Origin: a virus
DNA length: 64,000 nt
IMG/VR virus record: IMGVR_UViG_3300045125_000064
Span: 1 to 64,000 of that record
Strand: one strand, 5' to 3'
Shown one piece after another: positions 51,499-61,478 of this stretch. The position numbers and the translations under genes were made by a program. The notes beneath the pieces were generated by a model. It worked only from the letters and a program-made list of their open reading frames with translations. It made no database searches and was not told the origin of the DNA. Within the stretch, counting starts at the first letter, position 1. Each line of letters opens with the position of its first letter.

Positions 51499-51767
51499 AT
51501 GATGAAAGAACTGATATTAAAATTTGCTTCAAGAAAACTTCTTGTTTTCATTGTTTCAACCGTGTTACTATGTGTGCATATCATCACTCAAGATATTTGG
51601 GCAATAATGGCAGCAGTGTATACTGGCTCAAAATATTGCTGAAGGTGTTAGTCAATAAATTTATGAGCAAATCGCCAGCTTCACAAGTTGCTGCTGAAGT
51701 AATTAAAGAAGTTGTTGAGGAAACAAACAAAGAAGAAAAAGAGGAAAAAGATGCAACTAACAGCTAA
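51499..51767 (+). CDS. Putative holin (two TM segments)
   Basis: MMKELILKFASRKLLVFIVSTVLL...IWAIMAAVY; immediately upstream of the endolysin. Confidence 0.55.
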
Positions 51768-52164
51768 TTTTAAGAAAGAAGAATTTGAAGGAAGATCTGG
51801 GGCTATACCAGAAGAATTAATGAAGAATGTGCAAGAACTTGCAAACAATCTTCAGGTTCTAAGAGACACAATTGGAAAGCCAATCAAAGTTATTTCTGGA
51901 TATAGAAGCCCAGAATATAATAAAAAGATTGGTGGTGCAAAAAAGAGCCAACATATGACAGCATCAGCATCAGATTTACAAGTAGATGGTATGACTCCAT
52001 CAGAATTAAAATCTGTTATTGAACAACTCATCAAAGATGGTAAAATGAAGAAAGGTGGAGTTGGTCTATATCCTGAGTTTACTCATTACGACATAAGAGG
52101 ATATAATGCAAGATGGTCAGGCGGGAGAATCCAAGATGATAAAACTGATTCAGCAGAAGCTTAA
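51751..52164 (+). CDS. Peptidase M15A Zn-peptidase, probable endolysin
   Basis: QLTANFKKEEF, ISGYRSPEYNKKIGGAKKSQHMTASASD, GGVGLYPEFTHYDIRG. Confidence 0.9.
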   Translation: MQLTANFKKEEFEGRSGAIPEELMKNVQELANNLQVLRDTIGKPIKVISGYRSPEYNKKIGGAKKSQHMTASASDLQVDGMTPSELKSVIEQLIKDGKMKKGGVGLYPEFTHYDIRGYNARWSGGRIQDDKTDSAEA

Positions 52165-52524
52165 AGAATTTTGGGAAATATTTAAAAAATATTGGGAGAT
52201 TTTTGCATCTTCAGCGTTAATTTTTGTTGTTTCAATTTTTCTTTTAAGAAAAGGGGAAAAACAGAAAGATGGAACCGATCCAGTAGAAGATAATATTGTT
52301 ATTGTAAAAAAAATTGAAGATAAGAAAGATAATGAAATTGAAAAGATAGAAATAAAAAAAGATGAAGATATAAAAATTATTAATGATAATAAAGATAAAC
52401 AAATAGATTATATCGAAAAATCTTCAAAAGAAAGAATTGAAGAAACTACTGCTGAATTTAAAGAAGATCCACAAAAAAAGATGAAGAGTTTGCCAATCTT
52501 TTCAATCTAAAGGTACAACAATGA
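52136..52524 (+). CDS. Membrane-anchored coiled-coil protein (inner-membrane spanin-like)
   Basis: N-terminal TM (IFASSALIFVVSIFLL) then K/E-rich coil; follows the endolysin. Confidence 0.4.
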
Positions 52525-52960
52525 AAAAAATTATATCAACATTAATGTGTCTATTCTTATTTCTCTTGCCACTTAATTCCTACTCAGAAGGGAAAATGAC
52601 AAGATTACAAAGAGGACAATGTGCAGCCTACCCAGGTGTGCTCATTGATGATGAAGGAATGGCATCAATCAAAGTAAAATATGAGGATGCGCAAAAAATA
52701 TGCACAACAAATCTGGAAGCTGCAAAACAGCAAAAAGATGTTGAGTGTTCTGCTGAGTTGAATAAAAAAGATATTAAATGTTCGGCAGATAAAGATGTTG
52801 AGCAACAAAAGACAAAAAGAAAAGCAAAAAAGTTGAAGAACTTCAGCAAGAATTGAAAAAATTTGAAAATCAAGGTTTTTACGACTCATTATATGCTGGT
52901 GGGGGCTTTATTGTTGGAGCAAGTATTGTTATTCTTGTGGTAAAAGCACTTAGATGGTAA
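52521..52960 (+). CDS. Secreted coiled-coil protein with C-terminal TM (spanin-like partner?), frameshifted
   Basis: Signal-like MKKIISTLMCLFLFLLPLNSYS; C-terminal YAGGGFIVGASIVILVVKALRW. Confidence 0.4.
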
Positions 52961-52964
52961 TAAA

Positions 52965-53273
52965 ATGAATGACCAATTTGAAAAAGTTAGAGAATTAGAA
53001 AAAGCAATAGAAGAGAAGTATGGAGATCAGAGCGTTGAGCATCTTTCGAGAGATTTAACTCAGGAAGAAATCAAATCTCTCTATTCTAAAAATCATGAGG
53101 ATTCATATGATCGAGAATCGGATGATATAGTGATATCTAAAACCAGAAAGGCACTATTTAAAGACAAGCTAAAGTGTTCAAAATGTAATAAAATGTCTTT
53201 TTCAGAACGAGATGATATTTACTTATTGAAGAGCAAAAATGCTATAATTGTTATGTTAAAGAGGAAAAAATAA
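52965..53273 (+). CDS. Hypothetical zinc-finger protein
   Basis: LEKAIEEKYG; CSKC..., and CYNCY in the shifted frame. Confidence 0.5.
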   Translation: MNDQFEKVRELEKAIEEKYGDQSVEHLSRDLTQEEIKSLYSKNHEDSYDRESDDIVISKTRKALFKDKLKCSKCNKMSFSERDDIYLLKSKNAIIVMLKRKK

Positions 53274-53801
53274 ATGGCTGATAATAAAGATGTTGTAAAA
53301 ATGGTTTCTGCAATTTATCAAGCTGCGGAGAGAGGAACTCATGGAGCAAAAGATAAAGACGGAAAAGAATATAAGACAGGATTAAAAAGAGAGGTTGATG
53401 TTAAATCAAGTAATTTTGATGGTTTCAAAGTCAAGATACAAGATAATCTTTTAACAATCAATTATCAGCTTGAAATGCACAATTTTGATTCCTCACAAAA
53501 AATTGAACAAGTAGAAAGAGATATAAAATCAACATTAACAAGCATCAAAAAGTTCATTCAATCTCAATATAAGGATATAACTGGAAAGACATTAAGATTG
53601 GCACAAGAAGAAGAACCAAAAATTGTTATGGCACCAATTTCAATGGTTAGAACTTCATTCCTTGGAAAGTGGGTATTTAAGATTTCTGGAATAGAAAGCA
53701 CACAAACAGAAAGAGAAGAAAACGAAACCGCTAAAAAGGTCATCAAGACACTGGATAAAAAAGCAGAGAAGCCAAAAAATGTCTCCAGAAAAGATGACTA
53801 A
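53274..53801 (+). CDS. Hypothetical protein
   Basis: Intact 175-aa ORF with GAGG SD. Confidence 0.6.
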   Translation: MADNKDVVKMVSAIYQAAERGTHGAKDKDGKEYKTGLKREVDVKSSNFDGFKVKIQDNLLTINYQLEMHNFDSSQKIEQVERDIKSTLTSIKKFIQSQYKDITGKTLRLAQEEEPKIVMAPISMVRTSFLGKWVFKISGIESTQTEREENETAKKVIKTLDKKAEKPKNVSRKDD

Positions 53802-53803
53802 CA

Positions 53804-55407
53804 ATGGTAACAGCACAAACAAATAAAGCATTTATAATCAATGAATTAAAAAATGTGGCAGAGATCCCATATACTTTTTGTTAAAATATGGCAAGATCTG
53901 CTCATCCAGAAAAAGGAACTATTCCTTTTAAACTATACGATTTCCAGAAAGATTGTATCGAAGACTTTATGACTCATCGTTATAATATTGTTTTGAAAGG
54001 TGAACAGCTTGAGCCTTCTCAACAACAACGGCAGGATATATTGCTTGGCTTATTCTGTTTAATAGAGATAAGACAGTTCTTGCTGTGGCAACAAAAGAAA
54101 CGGTTGCAACAATCATTGTGGAGAAAAGTAAAAGAAGATTATTAAATCATCCAGACTGGATGAAGATTGCACAACCACTTCTGCAAACAATACAGAGCTA
54201 CTAGAACTTTATAATGGTTCTTGGAGTTAAAGCTTCATCAACATCTGGTAGATACTGGTGTTTCTGAGGCTCTTCTTTATTAGTTATTGACGAAGTCAGC
54301 ACTTATTAAAAATATGGATGAAATTTGGACTGGTCTTTATCCAACTCTTGCTGTTGCTGGTGCTTGTATTGCAATTTCAACTCCTAGAGGTGCTCAAGGT
54401 TGGTTTCATAAATTTTAATACAGATGCAGAATTTGGCAAAAATAATTTCATCCAATAAAATTAATGTGGTATGTTCATCCAAGATAGAGATGAAAACTTC
54501 ATTGAAACAGAAAAGAAAAATATGTCTCCAAGGCAAATTGCACAAGAGTATATGTGCAGCTTCTTGGCTTCAGGTGATACGTTTATTGACCCTGACGATA
54601 TTCAGAGATTACAAAAAAGACTTGATGACCATAAAATTGCCCCATTACAGAAAACTGGAGATGGAAAGAATTTATGGATTTGGAAAGAACCAGAGGAAGG
54701 AAAAAATATTGCATTGGCGCTGACGTTTCAAGAGGTGATGGTGCTGATTATTCAACTGCACAAGTTATTGATGTTGATTCATATGAACAGGTTGCAGAAT
54801 TTGAAGGTCAAGTCGAAGAAAATATTTTTGCATCCATTTTGTATGAACTTGGAAAAATATTATAATAGCGCATTGATTAGTATAGAGAATTCAATGCAAG
54901 GTCCAGGTGTAATAAATAGATTAACAGATGATTTAGAATATACTAATATATACTGCACTAGGAAGTCAAATCATGATTATGTGCCTCATTATTTAACTTC
55001 AATGGGAGGCACTGAAATCGCTAAAGGTTTTTCTATGACAACTAAATCAAGACCATTGGTTTTATCTTTTATGGAAGAAGTTATTAGAAATGAACAAATT
55101 GTTATTAATTCTCCAAGATTAATTGATCAATTTAACACATTTGTTTGGGATGGAGATAAACCACAGGCAGCAAGAGACAAAAATGATGATCTCAGTTATG
55201 GCACTGGCAATTGCAATTTGGACAAGAGATAAAGCAATCTTCTCATCAATAAGAAATGGTAAGATGAACAAAATAATGATTCTTGCTTGTGTTAAAGATA
55301 GTAAAGATTTGGACACAAGAGTAACTGGAATGGTTGGATATAAACCAGAACCATCAAGACCAAAACCAGATAAAAGAAGTTATTATCTGTCCTGTTTTAG
55401 AGGTTAA
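53804..55407 (+). CDS. terL: Terminase large subunit (T4 gp17-like), frameshifted
   Basis: DPIYF, PFKLYDFQ, LLVIDE (Walker B), ISTPRG, AQEYMCSF, YCIGADVSRGDGADYS, NDDLVMALAI. Confidence 0.93.
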
Positions 55408-55412
55408 AATAA

Positions 55413-57462
55413 ATGGCGAATACAAGAGCAGGGTTAAGAACCTATAGAAATAATAAACAAAATACCAAAAATCAAGAATCACCTTTATATCAAAAGCTGA
55501 CAAAAATCTTTTCTGGTCCAATTGTTAACTATCGTTCCAGAATGGTAACAAAATAGAAAGAGAGAGATTGATAAATTTGGTAAGAAATTCAATTCAATGT
55601 CTGGCCAAAAGTATACAAGAAATCTTTATACTCCATTCGATTATATAAGAACATCTGTAATGTCTGCACAAAATAGACAGGAAAGATATGTTGATTTTGA
55701 TCAAATGGAATTTGATCCATTCTTGGCTTCTGCTCTTGATTTATATGCAGACAGTATTACAACACATACTGAAGTTTCTCCAGTTCTCCATATAGAATGC
55801 ACAAACGACGAGATTAAGAATATTCTTCAAACTCTATTTTATGATGTTTTAGCAATGGAATCAAACGCTTTCTATTGGGCAAGAAACGTTTGTAAATATG
55901 GAGATTTTTTCTTTATCTTGAAGTGGATGACACAGTTGGAGTTCAATCAGTTATTGCTTTACCTTCAATTGAAATTGAAAGACTTGAAGGAGAAGATGAG
56001 ACAAATCCAAATTATATCCAATTCAGATGGAATAATGGTGGCTTAACATTTGAAAATTGGCAAATTGCTCATTTTAGACTTCTTGGAAATGAAAAATATA
56101 ATCCTTATGGAACATCTGTTCTGGATCCAGCAAGAAGATTGTGGAGACAATTAACAATGATGGTTGATTCTATGATGGCTTATAGAATCACAAGATCAGC
56201 AGAGAAATTGGTATTCAAAGTTCCAGTTGGTGGTATAAACGAGGAAGATATTCCTGGAGTAATGGAAGCATTCATTTCCTCAACCAAAAGACACCAAATC
56301 GTTGACCCAGATACAGGAAGAATTGATCAAAGATTTAATCCTGTTTCGATTGAAGAAAATCTTTATTTCCCAACCGTTGGCGGTGAAGGCCCAACAGTGG
56401 AAACATTGACAAGCAGGTCAAAATCTAACAGCTATTGAAGATATTAAGATGTTAAAGCAAGCAATGTTTGCAGCTATTAAAGTTCCAGAAGCATATCTTG
56501 GTGGTGGAGAAAATCCAGAAGATCAAACAACTTTGACACAGAAAGAAGTTCATTTTACAAACACAATTCAGAGAATTCAAAGAGCAATAATTGAAACACT
56601 AGAGCACATTGCCAAGGTTCACCTTCTAGTAATGGGCTTTAGAGGTGATGATCTTCTATCCTTTAAACTAAAGTTCAATAATCCTTCAAAGATTGCAAGA
56701 ATGCAAGAATTGACTGCGTTCAAAGAACAACTGGATGTTGCAAGTGCTGCAAAGGGAATTAATATGTTCAGCAATCGTTACATCTACACTCAAATCTTTG
56801 CAATTCCAGATGAAGAGGCAAAGAGAATTGAAAGAGAAAGATTCTATGATATTCAAATTGAAGCTGCAATTCAAGCTTCTGCTCAAGAAATGGGTGGAGA
56901 AGGTCAAGAAGGCGCAATGGGCGGAATGGGAGCAGGTGGTTTGGGTGGCGATGAAATGATGCCATCTGGTGGTGATTTGATAGGCGATATGTCTCAGCTT
57001 TCATCAGAACCAGGGCCATCAGGAGAAGGTGGAGGAAGTGTTGAAACTGGAGAAGAGCCAACAGTTGACAAAGAAGCTCCATTGTTAGCAAGTCCAGGCA
57101 ATTTCCAGCCACAAGCTGTTTCACAAACTGTTGAAAGAGATTCTGATGGAAATATTGTTAAAATTCATCTTGGGAATAGTCACACTCTAACTCCAAAATC
57201 AAAAGGTAAAGTTTATAAGCCAGAAATTGTTGATTCAAGAAAGAATACTGGGCCATTAAATCGTTCAATGAAATACCAAATGGGTGCTGGTGTAAGTTCT
57301 AATTCAAATAGAAACATAAATCCTGGAACAAATGCGTTAAAGAGATTGTCTAAGCTCCAGGAAAACAAAGATGCTAAGAGTGATACTATTTATACTGACC
57401 TAACAAATTATTTTAATAATATGGAAACACAGTTGGAGAAAATAGATGAAGCTAAAGCATAA
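55413..57462 (+). CDS. Portal protein (T4 gp20-like) with low-complexity C-terminal extension, frameshifted
   Basis: DFDQME.DP.LASALDLYAD, RNVCKYGDFF, WQIAHFRL, PYGTSVLDPARR, YRITRSAE, FAAIKVP, IQRIQR. Confidence 0.92.
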
Positions 57463-58271
57463 CAAAAAAAGAAATACTCTTTTCCTATTTGAAACATTGA
57501 TGTATGAGTTTACTCAAGCTTCCTTAAACAAAGATAATGAGTATGCTAAAGATATCAAGAAAACAATTTTATCTTTCTTCAACAAAAACACTCCTTTATA
57601 CGAAGAATTGCAATTATATAAATCTATTGTAAATACAACCAACATTAAGGACAGAAGAGTGGCAGAAAAGATACTCTTTGAGTCCAAACTGGAATATATA
57701 AAACTAAATAAGCAACAAGTGTTTTCGTCTCAAACTGCTCTCATCAATAGAATAAACAAAAATTTAAGACCATCTATATTTAATAATCCAGTCAAAAATT
57801 ATACAAGCATGGCATCAGCATATCAGATATTTAACAACACTTCTGACGTTAAAACAAGAGTTTTGCTGGAAGAAGAAATGCTGGAAAATATGTGTCGCTG
57901 CGAAGTGCTTAATGAAGAAAAGACAGCCAATTGATCCTTTAACTTTTAAAATTGCAGTCAACAACTATAACAAAAAATATGAGACATTACTAGAAAACCA
58001 AAAAACTCTTCTAAAGAAATTTGTATTATCTGGTAATCAAGATAATTTTGCAGACTTAGTTGTATATTTGTCAGAAGAAATATATAGAATTGAGAAAAAT
58101 ATTTCAGAATCAATTAATTCTGTTGAAGAAATAAACAAAAATAAAATTATAAAAGAAAATGCTTTAATGATTCTTAATCTAATAAAAGAATTTAGATATA
58201 AAGAAATTGATGAAGAATTAATTAAAACAATCCTAAAGCTCCAAAAAATTGAGCATGAGATATTGACATAA
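57446..58271 (+). CDS. Hypothetical head-associated protein (frameshift ~57925)
   Basis: MKLKHNKKRNTLFLFETL; directly follows the portal gene. Confidence 0.6.
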
Positions 58272-58272
58272 T

Positions 58273-58880
58273 ATGATAACAATTAATATTGGTGATAAAG
58301 AATTAAATGTGTCAGGTTTGGAACCAGATCCAATGGAAGATCAGGATCCAAATGCTCCAATTATTATAAAAGTTGGGAAGCAAGCAACAAGAATTAGACT
58401 TAATATAAGAAAAACTCTCGATAATAATTTTATTATCTATGATCATGATTTAATTGAAATTATTATTGTGCCAGATAAAAATAAAGTTATAACAGTTCCA
58501 AAAGTAAATACAACAACTGACACATATCCAGCTCAAAATAGATATTTTGAGATGCTTGAAAAGAAAGGAATTACAATTAGAGGAACAATTCGCTCTGGTC
58601 CAGTTTACAATTCACTTGAAGCATATTATCCTGTGAACGAAGAAATAAATGTTCTTCAAGTTGTTATTTTGGCAACAAAACGATTCATTGATATTGAAAA
58701 AGAGATGCATGACACTGCAAAAGATTATGATGATAACATAGAAGATATGTTCTTAGAGCCAGATGAAGATGACTCCACTGAGCTTGGGGAAATTCCACAT
58801 GATAGACCTGGTAATTTCCCCATATAATCCCTATAATCCTTCTTATACCTCAATGGTAAGAGAATGGTTGGAGAAGAAAA
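58273..58880 (+). CDS. Hypothetical protein
   Basis: 184-aa ORF; acidic EPDEDDSTELGEIPH. Confidence 0.55.
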
Positions 58881-59165
58881 ATGCCAAGTAATATTTCAGA
58901 ACTATTAACTTTTATCTTTGGGTGTTATGGGCTGACAATGATTCTATGTTATGGAAAAATCTTAGATTTTGCTAGAATTAAAATACCTTTTTTTAATAAA
59001 ATGACACAATGCAGTCTTTGTACTGGCTTCTGGTCAGGAATGTTAATTTCTTTGTTTTTCTTTAACGCTTATTATATAATGTTGTTTGGATTTGTTGGTT
59101 CTGGCACTAGTTATATTTTAGATAAACTCATTAGTGATGATGGGATCCAAATTAAGAGAGGCTAA
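58881..59165 (+). CDS. Small membrane protein with CxxC (DUF1360-like)
   Basis: Hydrophobic; QCSLCTGFWSG. Confidence 0.55.
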   Translation: MPSNISELLTFIFGCYGLTMILCYGKILDFARIKIPFFNKMTQCSLCTGFWSGMLISLFFFNAYYIMLFGFVGSGTSYILDKLISDDGIQIKRG

Positions 59166-59291
59166 TATGATAGTAGGAATAAGAAAAACAGGTTTCCAAT
59201 TTTGGACACAAAAATGGTCTAAAAGACCCCCAACTAATTGCAAAAAAGGTTGCTGACTTCATACTTATATTATATAAAGAGAGGATAACAA

Positions 59292-59528
59292 ATGTCTAAA
59301 ATTATAATTGAAGTCAAAGAACTTAACAGAATTATATCTGAAGAAGTGGAAAAATTTGTTGAAGAAGTTGAATCAAAGCACCCAGATGTTTTGAAAGAAA
59401 AACTAAAAACTATGCCAAAAGAGCAGTTGATCAACTTACTACAAGAATGCTCATCTGATTCTGAATTTATACTTGATAATGTGAGTAAATATATGCTTCA
59501 CAGACTTTATAAGAAGAGCAGAAAATAA
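59292..59528 (+). CDS. Hypothetical protein
   Basis: GAGG SD; intact 78 aa. Confidence 0.55.
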   Translation: MSKIIIEVKELNRIISEEVEKFVEEVESKHPDVLKEKLKTMPKEQLINLLQECSSDSEFILDNVSKYMLHRLYKKSRK

Positions 59529-59530
59529 TA

Positions 59531-60155
59531 ATGACACAGCAAATCCTTCTAACAGAATTTTATCTTGCAGATTATGAGCTTCCAGAGTTTAAGTCTTTAT
59601 TGACTGAACAGGAAATTTATGATAATGAAAATGGTGGAGTTTTAACTCTTTCAGGAAGATTTCAACATGCAGATTTGAAGAATGGAAATGGAAGAATCTA
59701 TCCAGAAGAGATTCTGAGTAAGAGAAGTAAATAATTATCAACAGCTCATTAGAGATAAGAGAGCAACTGGAGAACTCAATCATCCAGAAACAGCTACCGT
59801 TGATCTTGAAAGAGTATCACACAATATTACATATCTTGAAATGAGAGGCAAAGAAGTTGTTGGTAAACTTCAAGTATTAAATGATATGCCAATGGGTAAT
59901 ATTGTTAAAGCTCTTTTACAAAAATAAGATTAAATTTGGAGTTTCATCAAGAGCATTGGGTTCTGTCAAAGAATCAAAAGGTAATATTGTTGTACAAGAT
60001 GATTTACAATTAATTTGTTTTGATATTGTCTCTGATCCTTCCAACTCCTGGGGCGTTTTTGCATGAAGCAAAAGAAAAAGTTTATGAGAGAACAAATGAC
60101 AAAAGAAAAAGAATTGAAGAAGCAATGAAAACATTGATTTTTGATATGGGGAAAT
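59531..60155 (+). CDS. Prohead core protein protease (T4 gp21-like), frameshifted
   Basis: FQHADLKNGNGRIYP, ATGELNHPE, VSHNI, PMGNIVK, GVSSRALGSV, DDLQLICFDIVSDPS. Confidence 0.92.
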
Positions 60156-60727
60156 ATGGAAGCAAGTAAATTAAGAGAAATATTAAAACCAATAATTCAA
60201 CAATTGGTTCAAGAAGAAGTTGAAAAGGCAATAAAATTATATGAACAGAAGAGTGCTGGAAAGAAAATGTTGGCTCTTCAAATGAAGAATTGCTAAAAGA
60301 GATTCAATCTCTAATAAGACCACTAGAAAAGAAACTAGATGGATTAACTGGCTCTTCTAACAAAACTTTAATGGCAGAGCAAAAACAGCAACAGCAAAAA
60401 GTTCCTCCAAAAGTCCAAGAACAGACTACACAGATAAGAAATAAATTTAGAGAACAAATGGAGTTGGAACGAGAAAAGAAAAATAAACAATTTGAAAATC
60501 TGATGCATTCAACTCTTCAAGTTCCCAATATCCCAGGTGTGAAAACTCCAAACAAAATTATGATGAATGAAGTTATGGATGATCTTGACGAAGATGGACC
60601 AAAGATGTTTGTCCAAGAGGGGCAAGAAGAACAATACGAGAGTTATGATCCAACACTATATGATGATGATGCAGAGGATATCGCAGAGATCTATGGTGAA
60701 ATGTGGAAGAAAAATAAATTAATATAA
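60156..60727 (+). CDS. Hypothetical prohead-associated protein (frameshifted)
   Basis: MEASKLREILKPIIQQLVQEEV; coiled-coil/acidic. Confidence 0.55.
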
Positions 60728-60736
60728 GAGGTTAAA

Positions 60737-60949
60737 GTGTCAAAAAGAAGAAAATCAAGAAATAATTATAATGTTCAGGTAACTTTGGAAGAATGCAGAG
60801 GAAGTGCAGAAAGAATGATTAAAAAATTCTGTAATAAAGTCAAAAAAGAAAAAATTCTTGAAGATTTTAGAGAAAGAATGACATATGAAAAACCTTCTGT
60901 CAAGCGAAGAAGAGAAAAAATACGAAGAAAAAAGTTGCTAAACAACTAA
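60737..60949 (+). CDS. rpsU: Phage-encoded 30S ribosomal protein bS21
   Basis: 70 aa; VQVT....SAERMIKKFCNKVKKEKILEDFRERMTYEKPSVKRRREK matches the S21 pattern (xxRxF.RK......E.R....YEKPS..R). Confidence 0.85.
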   Translation: MSKRRKSRNNYNVQVTLEECRGSAERMIKKFCNKVKKEKILEDFRERMTYEKPSVKRRREKIRRKKLLNN

Positions 60950-60985
60950 ATAATGAGAGACAGTAAAGCTAAGGAGATATAGGAA

Positions 60986-61453
60986 ATGTCAAATTTTGAT
61001 GGAGATAGAAGTGCTGGTTATTTTGCACCAGGTTTAGGTTCAGTTGGAGCATATCAGATATCTGGTATTCCTTATATCACTTCAAGCTTGTCAGTTCCAT
61101 CCGGTTCGTCTACACCATTGAAAATTCAGTTCCCTGGAGTATCAAATTATATTTATGTGAAAAACACAATGTCAACAGCATCTGCTGCTGCCCCAATAAG
61201 ATTTGGTTTTTCACAAAATGGTGTATCTGGCTCAAGCGCAACTCACTATATGGCATTATCAAATGGTGAATCATTTCAGGCAAATTGGAGAGTTGAAGAT
61301 ATATATTTAATTGCAATAAGCCCATCGGCCACAGGGTCTGCAATGGTTGCTGCTGGTATAACACCAATTCCAAGAGGAATTCCGCCAGTTGTTGAAGGTT
61401 GGACAAGTGGTTCAAGATGGAATAACTGGAGTGGTTCAAGCGGAATTGGATAA
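60986..61453 (+). CDS. Ser/Gly-rich virion structural protein
   Basis: AGGAG SD; PGLGSVGAYQISGIPYITSS; intact 155 aa. Confidence 0.6.
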   Translation: MSNFDGDRSAGYFAPGLGSVGAYQISGIPYITSSLSVPSGSSTPLKIQFPGVSNYIYVKNTMSTASAAAPIRFGFSQNGVSGSSATHYMALSNGESFQANWRVEDIYLIAISPSATGSAMVAAGITPIPRGIPPVVEGWTSGSRWNNWSGSSGIG

Positions 61454-61478
61454 TCAATAATATGGCTGGAGGTGGTAT

